In this document: positions 13,925 to 24,708 of the stretch, one piece after another
How the letters are laid out: each line of letters starts with the position of its first letter
How positions within the stretch are numbered: the stretch's first letter is position 1
Assembly: GCA_040954595.2 (NCBI GenBank)
Contig: CM082598.2
Location: 7,269,097 to 7,333,096, forward strand
DNA: 64,000 nucleotides
Direction: 5' to 3'
Source: Balanoglossus misakiensis
Lineage: Eukaryota > Animalia > Hemichordata
Position numbers and translations under genes: made by a program
The notes under the pieces: model-generated
Seen by the model: the letters and a program-made list of their open reading frames with translations, nothing else
The model's database searches: none
Told to the model about the DNA's origin: nothing

Positions 13925-13980
13925 CAGTCTCCCAAGTGCAATGAGAAGTAAAGTGCCTCGCTCAAGGGCACAATATCGCG
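13925..13980 (-). mobile_element. SINE-like fragment
   Basis: Reverse complement ttgtgcccttgagcgaggcactttact resembles the conserved central domain of metazoan tRNA-derived SINEs. Confidence 0.4.
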
Positions 13981-14106
13981 GTCATGAAGTCACCATCCTC
14001 AGATAGAAAATCCACAGCAGGAAATATTTCTGATGCACCTGGTCCTGCACATATTTCCTACTTTGAATACCCCATAGATTCTCTGTTTCTCTGTTCATTC
14101 CACGTG

Positions 14107-14150
14107 TGCATCTGATGAAGGGGACTACATGTCCCCGAAAGCTCATTCTG
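14107..14150 (+). ncRNA. Candidate minimal hammerhead ribozyme motif of the Penelope-like-element type
   Basis: CTGATGA-A-GGGGAC(TACAT)GTCCCC-GAAA-GCTC: both core boxes flank a perfect 6-bp stem II; stem I is weak. Confidence 0.45.
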
Positions 14151-15054
14151 TATTTTCAACTTGTTCATCACAGAGTGCTACATAACTGTAACTCATATTG
14201 TAGTGAAGATCAACACTGCAATACTCTTAATAATTCTACTATATCTCACACTTCACTTGGTGGTCTAATTATGTGCGGACCTAATTTGACAAATGGCTCA
14301 TAAGCAACACTGGAGACTTTACCTGGAGATGGACTTCCAACAGTTGATTTGTGAGGATTTGAAGTCATACCAGAGGTAGGCCCTGTAACCATGGTAACTG
14401 TTTGCAGGTTTCAGTGGCTGTGTTGTGGTAGTGGTTGTAGACACTGAGGTGGTTGCTATGGTTTTAGGCTTCACTATCGCAACCACTTTTGTATCACCAC
14501 TAGACACAGAATTTTCTGAAACACAATCATGAGAAAAATAGAAGATTATACAGTTGATGTGAAATTCTGCTGTGGAATCACACAATATCACTAAACTTGT
14601 CTTGAACCTGTACCAGTGTTTCATCCAGGATGCAACCATGGAAACTGATTGCCCACATACCAACAATTTTCAGGAGGATGCGTAATTCATTGGCCAGGCA
14701 TTGAAATGATGGGGAATAATAGGCTGGCTTGTAAAAGTACTGCAACAGAATACACTGCATCACTCGCGACAATAACTTCTGTAAGGCAAAGATCGTGTGC
14801 AGAGGTCATGAAGTACTGTCATATTTAGTATTAGCCAACCAAGAGCGCATAATAATTTGTGATGTGTAATAAATATTATTAAATATATTACAACCATTTC
14901 ATGGAAGTACCAATTTAGAGTAATGAAAATCTTAACAAACCACAAAATGATGAATTGGTTGTAAATGACCACATAACAAGTTATATATTTGACCTGTGAA
15001 CTTTAGAATCTGGATGGTATGATTGCAAATATTTGCATAGCAACAGATACCTAC

Positions 15055-15203
15055 CAGCAAGTTGATAACCTTTGAGAAGTATCATGTGGTGTGGATCAGC
15101 CACATAATCGTTCATTGGTACCATCTGCACTTCACGCTTTGTCGCTAAGTTTTTGGAGTTCAGGCAGTTTGCGGGCTGATATGATTGAGGAATGGACTCC
15201 TCT
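15055..15203 (-). pseudogene. MED25: MED25 pseudo-exon, end of VWA domain, with stop and frameshift
   Basis: gacag|RGVHSSIISARKLPELQKLSDKA*, then in a shifted frame DYVADPHHMILLKGYQLA|gtaggt. Confidence 0.87.
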
Positions 15204-15644
15204 CTGTCAAAATACAACATTTGCTAAGAATCAAAATGTGGCATCCACATGTGAAGTCGTTACTGATGCAACAAAAACAATTCAAAAATCAAAACAAAGA
15301 GTTTTTGAGACTTGAGTTGTTGTCATCTTTTTGAAGACAATCCAAACATTGAGCATTCCTCATCTTTACTGAAAATGTAGTTGCCCTCAGCAAATATACA
15401 AGTTCAATTTTATAATCTCATACATACTAGAAAATGTTCCCAAAGCGATGCATTTAGATGTAAAACACATGTCAATCAATCAAAGTTAATTATAAAACCA
15501 GAATTCCTGTTAAATGGGGCTTAATGAAATTGGTCCGCACAGTAAGCTAGTTTGAAAAGATGTTTTTTTTTTCATCTTCCCTTGTCAGATTGATATGACT
15601 ATTGTTAGTAGGCAGTGTTGTATGAAATGTTTTATATCGCTTAC

Positions 15645-15764
15645 CTTACCCAACATGGCAGTCAATTGATCTGCAGTCAATCCACTGTAATTAATACTAT
15701 CTTGACTTGGCAAAGGATATAGAGGAGAGTTCAGATCAATATACAATGTTTCTGTATTGGTGTG
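15645..15764 (-). pseudogene. MED25: MED25 pseudo-exon, VWA domain, with a 1-nt deletion
   Basis: TPIQKHCILI-(TG)-NSPLYPLPSQDSINYSGLTADQLTAMLGK|gtaag. The Cys codon of 'ICNSP' lacks a base, creating TGA; the exon is 120 nt where its phases require 3n+1. Confidence 0.88.
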
Positions 15765-15827
15765 CTGTATACAAAGAAAATATAAAACAATATTTTGTTA
15801 TTGGCAGTATTGTCAGTCAGTGTTTTT

Positions 15828-15919
15828 TTAACCCTTCCACCCCAATTCCCTCTTCAGAGGTCCAACCTTAACATAGAAAACAATGCTGTTGGACTGAACC
15901 ATTGTGGTGATCAGGGTAA
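15828..15919. mobile_element. ~90-bp piggyBac-like MITE (TTAA-CCC..GGG-TTAA family)
   Basis: Same family as 56443-56534, 17628-17719 and partial 9280-9349. Confidence 0.7.
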
Positions 15920-16219
15920 TGTAACCAGGGTTCCCCAGTCATTTTACTAGCATTCCTTATGGTACCATCAATGCAGTCATATTAATGGTAAGACAGGTGT
16001 TACATGGGGTTCCAAAATCACTTATTGCTCCACCCCACCCCCCCCAACAATAGCCAAAATACTGTCAGTGTTATCCAAATTCTTATTTCCCACCTGTTAC
16101 AACTTACAAAGTATCTGTCGCAGTCATTTTATGCTCTTTTAGTATTTAGGATCTATTACCATGATATAATCACCCCTGATCATATATAGACTAGATTGCA
16201 TGTATAGCTCAACGGAATA

Positions 16220-16370
16220 ATATTGAAGGTCAGAATGCTTTTGATGAGGAAACAACACACCAACTGCGAGATTATATCGTCTTCAGAAAATACAATCATT
16301 TTTATGTTAGTCAAGATACTTTGCAACTGGTGTATTGTTCTCTCATCAAAAGCATTCTGACCTTCAATAT
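16220..16370. repeat. Fold-back element with ~50-bp inverted arms
   Basis: atattgaaggtcagaatgcttttgatgag pairs with ctcatcaaaagcattctgaccttcaatat. Confidence 0.75.
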
Positions 16371-16577
16371 TACTGTAAAACGGATTATTTTCGTGACAGG
16401 AAATTTTCGCGATATTAAAAGAGGCAACTGTTATGCGTGGATTAATTTTCATGTTCTTGTATTTTATTGCATCTTTATCTCCGAAAAACATTTTACGCAA
16501 CTTTTTATTTTCACATTTTGTTGGCTCTCGCATATTTCGCAAAAATTAATTGCTTGCGAAAATAACCCGTTTTACAC
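16371..16577. mobile_element. TACTGTAAAA-type MITE
   Basis: ctgtaaaacggattattttcg pairs with cgaaaataacccgttttacac. Confidence 0.7.
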
Positions 16578-16683
16578 ACAGGTGCAAGCTTTCTCTTATT
16601 GTGAGTATGGCAGAGAAAGTTTTGGCTGCTGTCAAAATTCTCTGGCAAAGACAGAAGGATTATGAAACTGAAAATGTTGATAT

Positions 16684-17225
16684 TACAGTGAAACCTGTCA
16701 ATACAGACATCTCTCTAATCAGGACACCTCTCTATATTAAGGAAAGATTGTTAAAGACAAGAGTAATGGTTTGAATAGAATGTAACATGTACATTTCTGT
16801 TAAAGGGACAAAGTCTCTCTATTGCTGCCCCTTTCTTCTATTATGTTTGATACAAGAGACATTTTATATTAATGTACATGTGTATATGTAGTGAATGAAC
16901 GTTCAACTATACACAATTTCCATCCCTCCCGAATGATATGAGCATAAAAGCTCGCCCAAAATGAATAAATGATAGAGACCGATTATTCATATTGGTGAGT
17001 TTTTTTTCTCACTCTGGTGGCTACAAGCAGGGTTGAAGTTGTGTGTAGTGAAACATTGATTCACTATATATCCACATGTAGAATAACAGAAATGGTGTCC
17101 TGTAACAAACCTAATTCATGGAAAAGGGGCAGCGAGAGAGACAAATTGTCCCTGTAAGGACACCTCTCTATTAAGGAGACATTTTATGGTCCCAGAGGTG
17201 TCCTTCCTAGGCAGGTTTCAATGTA
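16684..17225. mobile_element. TA-flanked CAGTGAAACCTG MITE interrupted by a TTAA element
   Basis: ta|cagtgaaacctg..caggtttcaatg|ta; internal aaggacacctctctat repeats on both sides of the insert. Confidence 0.7.
16800..17157. mobile_element. Kolobok-like non-autonomous element (~350 bp), older copy
   Basis: ttaa|agggacaaagtctctc..gagagagacaaattgtccct|gtaa; homologous throughout to 57691-58041. Confidence 0.75.
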
Positions 17226-17371
17226 CTTCACACGTTAGTTGTACTCCACTGTCTGTATGGAATCACTTCCTGGTTGACATGGTGAGCTTTACATAAACAG
17301 ATAAACCACCTCAATAAGTGGGGGCCATAACTAGAGAATGATCTTTAAACTCAGAATTTTACCATAATTAC

Positions 17372-17470
17372 CTTGAATATCGTAAACTGTTGATATCACC
17401 AAATAACTGCGATGCAGTACTCAGACCTTCAGAAATCATACTGTATTTCTCACCTGCTCCTGACAACAAT
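17372..17470 (-). pseudogene. MED25: MED25 pseudo-exon, VWA domain (99 nt)
   Basis: tttcag|a TTG TTG TCA GGA..TAT TCA AG|gtaatt; reads LLSGAGEKYSMISEGLSTASQLFGDINSLRYS. Confidence 0.88.
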
Positions 17471-17627
17471 CTGAAATACAACAACAATCATTTAACAAAA
17501 AGTGTATGTAAACAACGTCTACTCTGATTGTAGACCGATTTGATTAAACATGTTATGAAACATTTAAAGGTAGGAACCTCTAATAAACGCAAGTGAGTCA
17601 AAAGTCAAAAAGAGCGACTTCGTCCCT

Positions 17628-17719
17628 TTAACCCTTTCACCCCCAGTTCCTTCTATACAGGTCGAACCTTGTAATGGAAATCAATGGGTTTGGACTGAAC
17701 CTTGGTTGTGAAGGGTTCA
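17628..17719. mobile_element. ~90-bp piggyBac-like MITE
   Basis: ttaaccctttcac..gtgaagggttca. Confidence 0.7.
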
Positions 17720-18581
17720 TGGGCTTCCATAATTAGTGTTCTTTAAAATTAGAGGGTGGTACTTAGGGGTTATTACACTAAATTTGGTGAGAACAATAGA
17801 AAGTGGCAAATTCAGGCTCTGCATGTATGATAATAATGACAATTTCCCTTCTGCTTTAGAATCATCACCATTAAGCTATATTGATTGTATCCGCATCAGT
17901 TTATCATCTTTTGCTAATGCATAACACGACTGTTGTGTACTCTTTGAATGGAGGCTGATTAAATCGGTGTGACACCCATTTAAAATAACACTAAATAACG
18001 CAAAACTACAATGTGTGCACGCAAATATTTTGTCACAGTTGCGTGACATGCGCACAAAAAAAATCCATTGAAAGATAACAGCGGGCGAGGCTATCTGGGG
18101 CGCCTTGTCAAGGTTGGCCGGTCAGGCGCCCTGTACACATGTACGCGTACGCGCTCTTGTATGCTGTAGCAGGATGCACACTGATGTACGTGCGGTAACC
18201 TAGGCCACAAACTTGACACGTGTCGGGGCTATAATTTATGCACACAGAAGCCATTAGATATAACAAAGCAAGTAGGGCTTCTGGGTCATTTTCCTTGATG
18301 ATATAACACAAGAATTCCATACCTTGTCTGTACTAATGCGTATTGGGGGGGGGGGGACCACTTGCAACAAGATCTCTTTCATGATGTTTATGTACTTTAT
18401 TCGCTACATTGTAAATTATTTTTTTTGTGTTGGGCCATCTAGACATGAAGGGAGAACTCATTCAAGTATGTTTATCTGAAAGCCTGCTTGTCTTTCGCTA
18501 TTTTGTTGCACGTAATTCAAATACAATTTCACGAGAAAAAAAATTGGCTGTTTGCGTGCACTGCACGTAAAAAATAAAATA

Positions 18582-19530
18582 TCAAACGCAAGCCCTGTAG
18601 AAATTCCAAATTACTATGATATGATTCCATAATAATTCTAAAGAAGCCAATCCCATTAACTTACAACTCAAATTTATAGAAATCAGCCATACAGTGTACA
18701 CTTTCTGAGAAATATATTTTTTTATCAAAATTGGTAAATATACCCCCAAAATACAAGACATTGCCCCCACAAAACATTGACACTTTCATCATAGGTTTTG
18801 TAAATCATCATGACAACTCACCATGGAACCTTCAAATCAAATTTCAAAGCAATGGGGTAGAGTGTTCTGAGAAAGAGTTTTGACCAAAAATGGCAAAAAT
18901 CACCCCAAAAATATACTAGTGAATTCTACAAGTTGATTTGACAAACACACATCTCTATGCCTACCAAATTTCAAAGCAATCTGACAAGTGGTTTTACAGA
19001 AAAAAAAATTGATCAAAAAGGCAAAATTTGCACCAAAATTATAAATTTGCAAATTTTGCAGCAATTTAAACAAAGCTTTGATAACTCACATCACCTATAT
19101 GAAGCCCCATACTAAATTTCAAAGAAGTCAGATCATCAATTCCAGAAAAGTAGATTTTTTACCAAAAATGTGGAAAAAGACAAAAAAATGCATAAATTAT
19201 AGAAAATTCAAACTATTAGTTCAAAACATACACAACTGTGTGAGGTTAATATAAGGTACATGCATACCAATTTTCAAATCAATATGACCAGTGGTTGTTG
19301 AGTTTCTGAGTTTTGGCAAAATTTACGTTTTTCCCAACTTATTTGCATATTTTGGCAATGACAACTTCATTTGAACAAATTCCCATCTACAGCCCTGCCT
19401 GCATCTGCACACCAAATATCGAGGTTATATGCGCAGCGGTTTTCAAGTTTTTGATGTGAACGGACTTACATCCATACAGACGCAACCAATCTCATAAGGT
19501 CCCACTAGTATATACAAATGGGACCTAAAG
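18582..19530 (+). mobile_element. Dispersed Helentron/HINE-like non-autonomous element
   Basis: Ends in a short catc/caga tract and the hairpin aggtccca..tgggacct; other copies at 60165-61045 (-) and 55370-55703 (+). Confidence 0.65.
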
Positions 19531-20711
19531 ATATTTGGGTGCAACTTGTAGACTGCATCATATATATATTGTTTTGTCGCCCAAATTGTGTGTGTGGGGG
19601 GGGGGGGGTGTTCCCAATGTGCCCTTCCTATGTTATCTGCAATAATTGTAGCCTGGATGGGATGATTGATCAAGCCCATAAGCGATCAACCAGCCCACCA
19701 AAGCTACAATTATTGCACCTAATGCTATGATAGCTGGATCCATAGGGTAAACTGTACAAAACAAAAAAACAAATAAGTGTCAGTATAAAATGTGGTAACT
19801 TTTGGCGTTTGTTTCTTCCCACTGAATTTCGACATCGCAAAGTGATTTCAGATGTCAGTTTATATTTATAATAACATTGCTGCCACTAAGAAATATGAAT
19901 GAAGTTGCACAGTTCATATAAACATTACACCACTGGCAACTGTGCTATATCATGACCCCTTTTGACCTCTACATCCTGGCTTTTTGTCGGTGTGAGTATA
20001 CAATTTCGAGTTTACCAACCATGCTATTGAATCAATGCACTTTTTCTCATCCTTGAACAAAACTGGTGAACATTGCCTGTTAGAAAAGGTTAGCTGTTCA
20101 ACATGGAATGATGAATGATGTCATACCTACAAACCACCAGGATGTAAGGTCACACAGGGATCATGAAAGAGGCCTGTAAGATACTCTTGTTCTCTGCCCA
20201 CTTTCTAACCCTGCTGTCAATACCAGCAGCAGGAATGGGACAGGGGTCCAGGCTATACCTATAGGACTGTTTGCTAACATCAATTGTGTTTACTTGAGTA
20301 AGTTGGGTAATATGAAAGGAATTGTTACTATTACTGTAGAGGGAGACAAGAGTCTACCTGGTTGATTTATATTTTACATGTTGTGCTTAGATTAATAGAA
20401 ATAATTTATGCATGGTTACTTAGGAACACTTCCATAACTAGTCTGCATTTTGCCTCTGCCAAATAGTAAAGAAAACACATCAGAGAATAGGCAGAGTAGA
20501 AACTAAGCTGCACTCCCCTAAATACAAAATGGTTTACCCTTAAGTCTAATGTGATGCATAGTGTGATTCAATTTGTGTCAATAAAATTGCAACCACATCA
20601 GTGTTCAGTGAAAACAGTATGTGACATACTTTTCCACCTGACCAAATCTATTAGAAACACATTTGTTAAAGAAATTGTTTTAAAGGGGCAGCTGCTATGA
20701 CATTTGGGATT

Positions 20712-21112
20712 AATAGAATCTCACATTCGTCGGGGATATTTTGTCTCAGAAAATCCCCAACTCGTGTGAGAAATACGAACCCAGGTCCTTGGTGTGTGAG
20801 ATTAATTTTCTCACACGGTCATAAATTAGCCAAATTCGTTAAAACATTGAATAAATGACTCTGGAACTGTCGTCTGGGGGCACGTTGTAGTCTCTGTCCC
20901 TGTAATACACATCACGCCATTGGATAACATTTAGTGCACGAAGAGAAAGAACTCTTTGTCAACCAATCAGCGCTCGCGTCATATACAGCTTTCGATTCAG
21001 TGAGAGTGTGAGAATAATAGAATCTCACACTCCCAAGGACGTGAGATCGTATTTCTCACACTCGTCGGGGATATCCTATCCCACACTCCCAGCAGCCAGG
21101 AGTGTGAGAAAT
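20712..21112. mobile_element. Dispersed repeat with ctcacac/gtgtgag inverted motifs
   Basis: Shares long matches (e.g. aaacattgaataaatgactctggaactgtcgtc, reverse complement) with the intronic repeats at 62308-62680 and 62925-63297. Confidence 0.7.
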
Positions 21113-21116
21113 TAAA

Positions 21117-21540
21117 TACAGTAAAACCCGTCTGAACCGAACACTGAAGGCACTGAAGAAATTGTTCAGTTTACAGGCATTTCCAGTTTGTAAAGGTTCT
21201 TTTAACATGTGATTCTATGTCGAAGGGACTTAAAAGGTGTTCAGTATACATGCGCAATATATGTATTTTTTATATAAAAGAAGACGAATTGTGTTTTATT
21301 ATTTTATTAACTTCTTTTTGTGAGTGTATTGAAAATGCATGTGCATGTGGGAAACATCGTAACATACGCATGCCCCAATGGTGTGGTCAATTTCCTTTGT
21401 TCGGACGTGCCAAAATCAATTATCCGAACAATCAATTATCCGAACAAAATCTAACCCGCCCAACAGGTTCGGATAATCGGCGTTCCACTGTAGACAGGTT
21501 TCCAGATTAGACAGGGTTTGGTTTTGACAGGTTTTACTGA
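21117..21540. mobile_element. TA-CAGTAAAACC MITE with a nested fragment
   Basis: tacagtaaaacccgtc..gacaggttttactg termini. Confidence 0.6.
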
Positions 21541-22629
21541 AGGTTGAAAATTAATTTTATGTGGCCACTGAAGTTTCTTGTGCTACTCCCAACAATATGT
21601 TGAAACCCACAATTTATGTATAAAATACCATCCACTAAATATTTAAATGTCACCAAAAACATTTTACTCTAAATAAATAAATATATTCTATAAAAACATG
21701 TTTTTAGACATGTTGCATATTTACGTAACAGTAGTAAAAAACTGTGAATGATAACATTACACATCCACGGGCTATGTTGACAAGTGAAGTATAAATGGGT
21801 ATATTAGCATGCTGTTTGGAGTAGAATAAGAAATTCCTATTGATACTCAGAACAAAAAAAATATGTACGTCAATTAAAGCCAAAAGTTACAGCTAATGTC
21901 CCGTTAAGTACATCACCCACTTTGGACAGCCATTGTAATTCAGAAAACTTCTGGAGCAGTGAATAAATCCTACTATTCCTAGTCTATCAGAAGTTTTTTT
22001 CATTATAAAAATCGAGCTAGTTGCTTTAAAAAAAATGAGACACTACTTTGTACAATAGTTATGACAGCTTGCATTCACGCAGATTTGAGCCAGACATCTC
22101 AAAGCGTTAACAAAAAAACATAGAGAATACTGTTTTTACGAAGGTAATTTGAATTGCTTGTTACAAGATAGTAGTGAAAACAATGGTGACATTGAAGTAA
22201 CCGAAATGTTCTCCTATATCAAGCTTTCAGAGATAATTAACAGAGAAATGTTTATTTCAAAAAGTGAATGTCTTATTTTTTAGCTTATACAGTCACAATA
22301 TGTAATAGAGGGACTGTGACATAGTGCACTGGTTTGGCTGTTGTTTCACTACAGATTTTTGTGGTGGGGGTCACGGGTGGGTCTATGATGGGGGGAACCA
22401 GAATAGAACCCCCCCCCCCCACCCTCCCCCTAGCTGTGTTTCCATAGAGATAATGTAGTACTAAATGTGACATTATTATATGACTCAGAAGGTCACATAG
22501 CTCTGCGTACAGGTCTGTGTGTTCCCGGCTGTACGCAGAGCTAAAGGTCACACAGAGAAACAACACGACAGAGATCTCACCATCTCAAAAAGCTGACTCT
22601 GAAAAGCATGTAAAAAGAATTAAGACTGA

Positions 22630-23600
22630 CTTACCTGCAAGGAGGACCTGTGTCACACATCTCTGCCCGCCAAGGTCTTGTCATTGACCCTGGCGATGTC
22701 TGTCATGTAGTCTTGCTCCAGGTCCAAGACTATAGAACGTCTCCTGTGGACGCGATGCTAATCACACTGGCGGCGCGTTGTACTGTTCCTTTCCTTTATC
22801 GACAGGCACAGCGACTGCCATAAAGCCAAGTCATCACCGGACTCTCATCATATCTGATATACTTCCCTGGCCGGTCGGGGCAACACCGACGTCACGATAA
22901 AACGTCGTAGGTCCCGTGGCAACACCGTAGCTACACCCTAATGAGAGAGAATCACTCACCCGGCTCTGTCAGTGTCGTGGCTCTCTCTCTCAACTACAGT
23001 GCGACCTGTGATGACGACCACCTCGCAAAGTTCTGCCAAGCGCCGCCGCGTCCCATGTAGAAAGGTTGCGAAACCCTTTGAAAACACTGCCAAGAATGCT
23101 CCATTATCCGAAATATGTTCTTTCACTGACGTCTCCACTCATGAGAAATTTAAAAAAGGGGCGTAACACGCTGTTGTAAAAGATCAGCTGATTCGCGACC
23201 AAAACGTTCACGATTGACCCTTGACCTAGGATAGTCCTGTACCCTCGATCCAGCGCCAGCTAAGTTGGCGTTGTTAAAATAACTATTAAGCAAAATACCC
23301 ATCGCTATAAGCTAAAGATATATTCAGTAAAGGATAAGCTTTAATAATATGTGTTGTCAAAAACAATTTATAGATCTAGGCCAAGGCCAGAGGTACATCC
23401 GAAAAATACCAACTGTACATGGTTATTCTTGTATAACCTTTGACCCCGATTTGTAAACAGTGCCGCATGTTTGGAGTATCGCTCGTAAAAATTGAGATTC
23501 ACCTGATGCAGTGGTTTAAAACCGATGGTGGCAAAGAAGTTTTCCGCGAACATGAAAACAACACAGCTGCAAAATGAAGGTATTGTACTACTGATATATT
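22630..23600. promoter_or_regulatory. CpG-rich, promoter-like island with outward-facing splice donors
   Basis: Local CG enrichment without TIRs; minus-strand donors CAG|gtaagt (~22635) and CGG|gtgagt (~22960); plus-strand AAG|gtattg (~23580). Confidence 0.35.
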
Positions 23601-23873
23601 AAACGCACAACTTAGAATATGTGCCATTTTGGCCACGTGCAGATTGCAGGCACCAATGTAATAGCTCTGCTTGGCAGAGCTGTGTGTCCTTACAGCGTCA
23701 CTCCTGTATATGAGAGAGACGCTGGGCGATCTATTTTACAGTTATTTTCAAAATCGACAAACATCAACGAGGAATGCCATATTGTTTTTTTAATAAATAA
23801 TATTTATTATCATCATCATCATCATCATGATTCCAGCTATTAATTTACAGTACACGTTGTTGTCTTTTGCCAG

Positions 23874-24040
23874 AAAGGAATGAATTTCTCATATCACCTT
23901 ACAAACTGCCAGAAATCCAAACAACACCTTTATGACAAAGCCTACAATGAAATGGTGGATGGTACAAATCAAAGATTATGTGACTGCATGATCCTCTCCA
24001 CATGATACTTCTCAAAGGATATTAATTTGCTGGGAGGGTG
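23874..24040 (+). pseudogene. MED25: Second, more decayed, inverted copy of the MED25 'RGIHFS..DPRHMVLVRG' exon
   Basis: ttgccag|KGMNFS..ISPYKLPEIQ..LYDKA..DY..DPLHMILLKGY*FA; the downstream flank tctgttgcta also matches the intron after 15055. Confidence 0.75.
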
Positions 24041-24372
24041 AATGTCTGTTGCTAAGCAACCAATGATGTGGGAGTGATGTAGAAATCTTTGTGATTTCTC
24101 AAAATATAACCATTATTCTAAATTAATATTTCCGTCAATTGGTTTTCAAGCATAATATATACACAACACAACAAATTATATTGATATACCATGCCTAAAA
24201 TATGAAATGGAAAAAATGCAATCAAATGAGTGGCCAAGCAAAGTTTTCAAAATTTTCCATTTAATTAACATTTTGTAATAGTTTATATACTTTAGGCTGA
24301 CTGTTGGTTGATTCTGTCTGTCTTAAACATTCAAGGAAAATTTGTTTGTAAAGTCATTTCAATGCCTGACTA

Positions 24373-24708
24373 TTAAAGCCTGTATAGCTGCCAAATTTCA
24401 CATATTTTCCACAATAAAATACTTCAAATATATTCCCTATCCTCTAAATCCTCAACTTAAGCCATATTACTTGCATTTGCATCAGTTTGGCATCTTTTGG
24501 CGACGCATACCACGATAGCTGCATACTGTTTGTATGGAGGCTGATGAAATGGGTGCGGCACCGTTTTAATACAAAAGTGTTCAAATTGCAACATGCAGTC
24601 ATAATCGGGCATCGATAAGGTGTTCATGTATACCTAAGTAAGCTTATTTAGATGGACTAATTAAAGTTGGAAATTAATGCTAAAAAGTGGCAGCTCTAGA
24701 GGCTTTCA
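24373..24708. mobile_element. Kolobok-like MITE
   Basis: ttaa|agcctgtatagctgcca..tggcagctctagaggct|ttca. Confidence 0.6.

Larger units (their letters stand above)
11336..14515 (-). pseudogene. MED25: MED25 pseudo-exons of the S/T/P/Q-rich linker and start of ACID: 14323-14515, 13374-13623, 12755-12938, 11957-12081, 11336-11496
   Basis: All are bounded by AG/GT and give low-complexity S/T/P/Q translations. There is an in-frame TAG at 12050-12052. The last exon ends QQQSVLWCGALEWQE (cf. AWSGVLEWQE) only after a frameshift. Confidence 0.75.
16..17470 (-). pseudogene. MED25: Unprocessed MED25 (Mediator subunit 25) pseudogene, at least 11 recognisable AG..GT exons with frameshifts and in-frame stops; may continue beyond base 1
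   Basis: Minus-strand exons translate to MED25 motifs in the correct order: SGAGEKYSMISEGLSTASQLFGD (cf. [23 protein letters not shown]), QKHCILIC/NSPLYPLP, RGVHSSIISARKLPEL..DPHHMILLKG (VWA); LWCGALEWQE and LGAMFRNSRTVEFQF..SLFRIMSGGF (ACID); then Q-rich exons. Several lesions are present (see exon entries). Confidence 0.9.

Noticed and set aside
20020-20090. Possible upstream MED25 exon (QCSPVLFKDEKKCIDSIA)
   Set aside because: Good acceptor, but similarity to MED25 is too weak and the donor is unclear.
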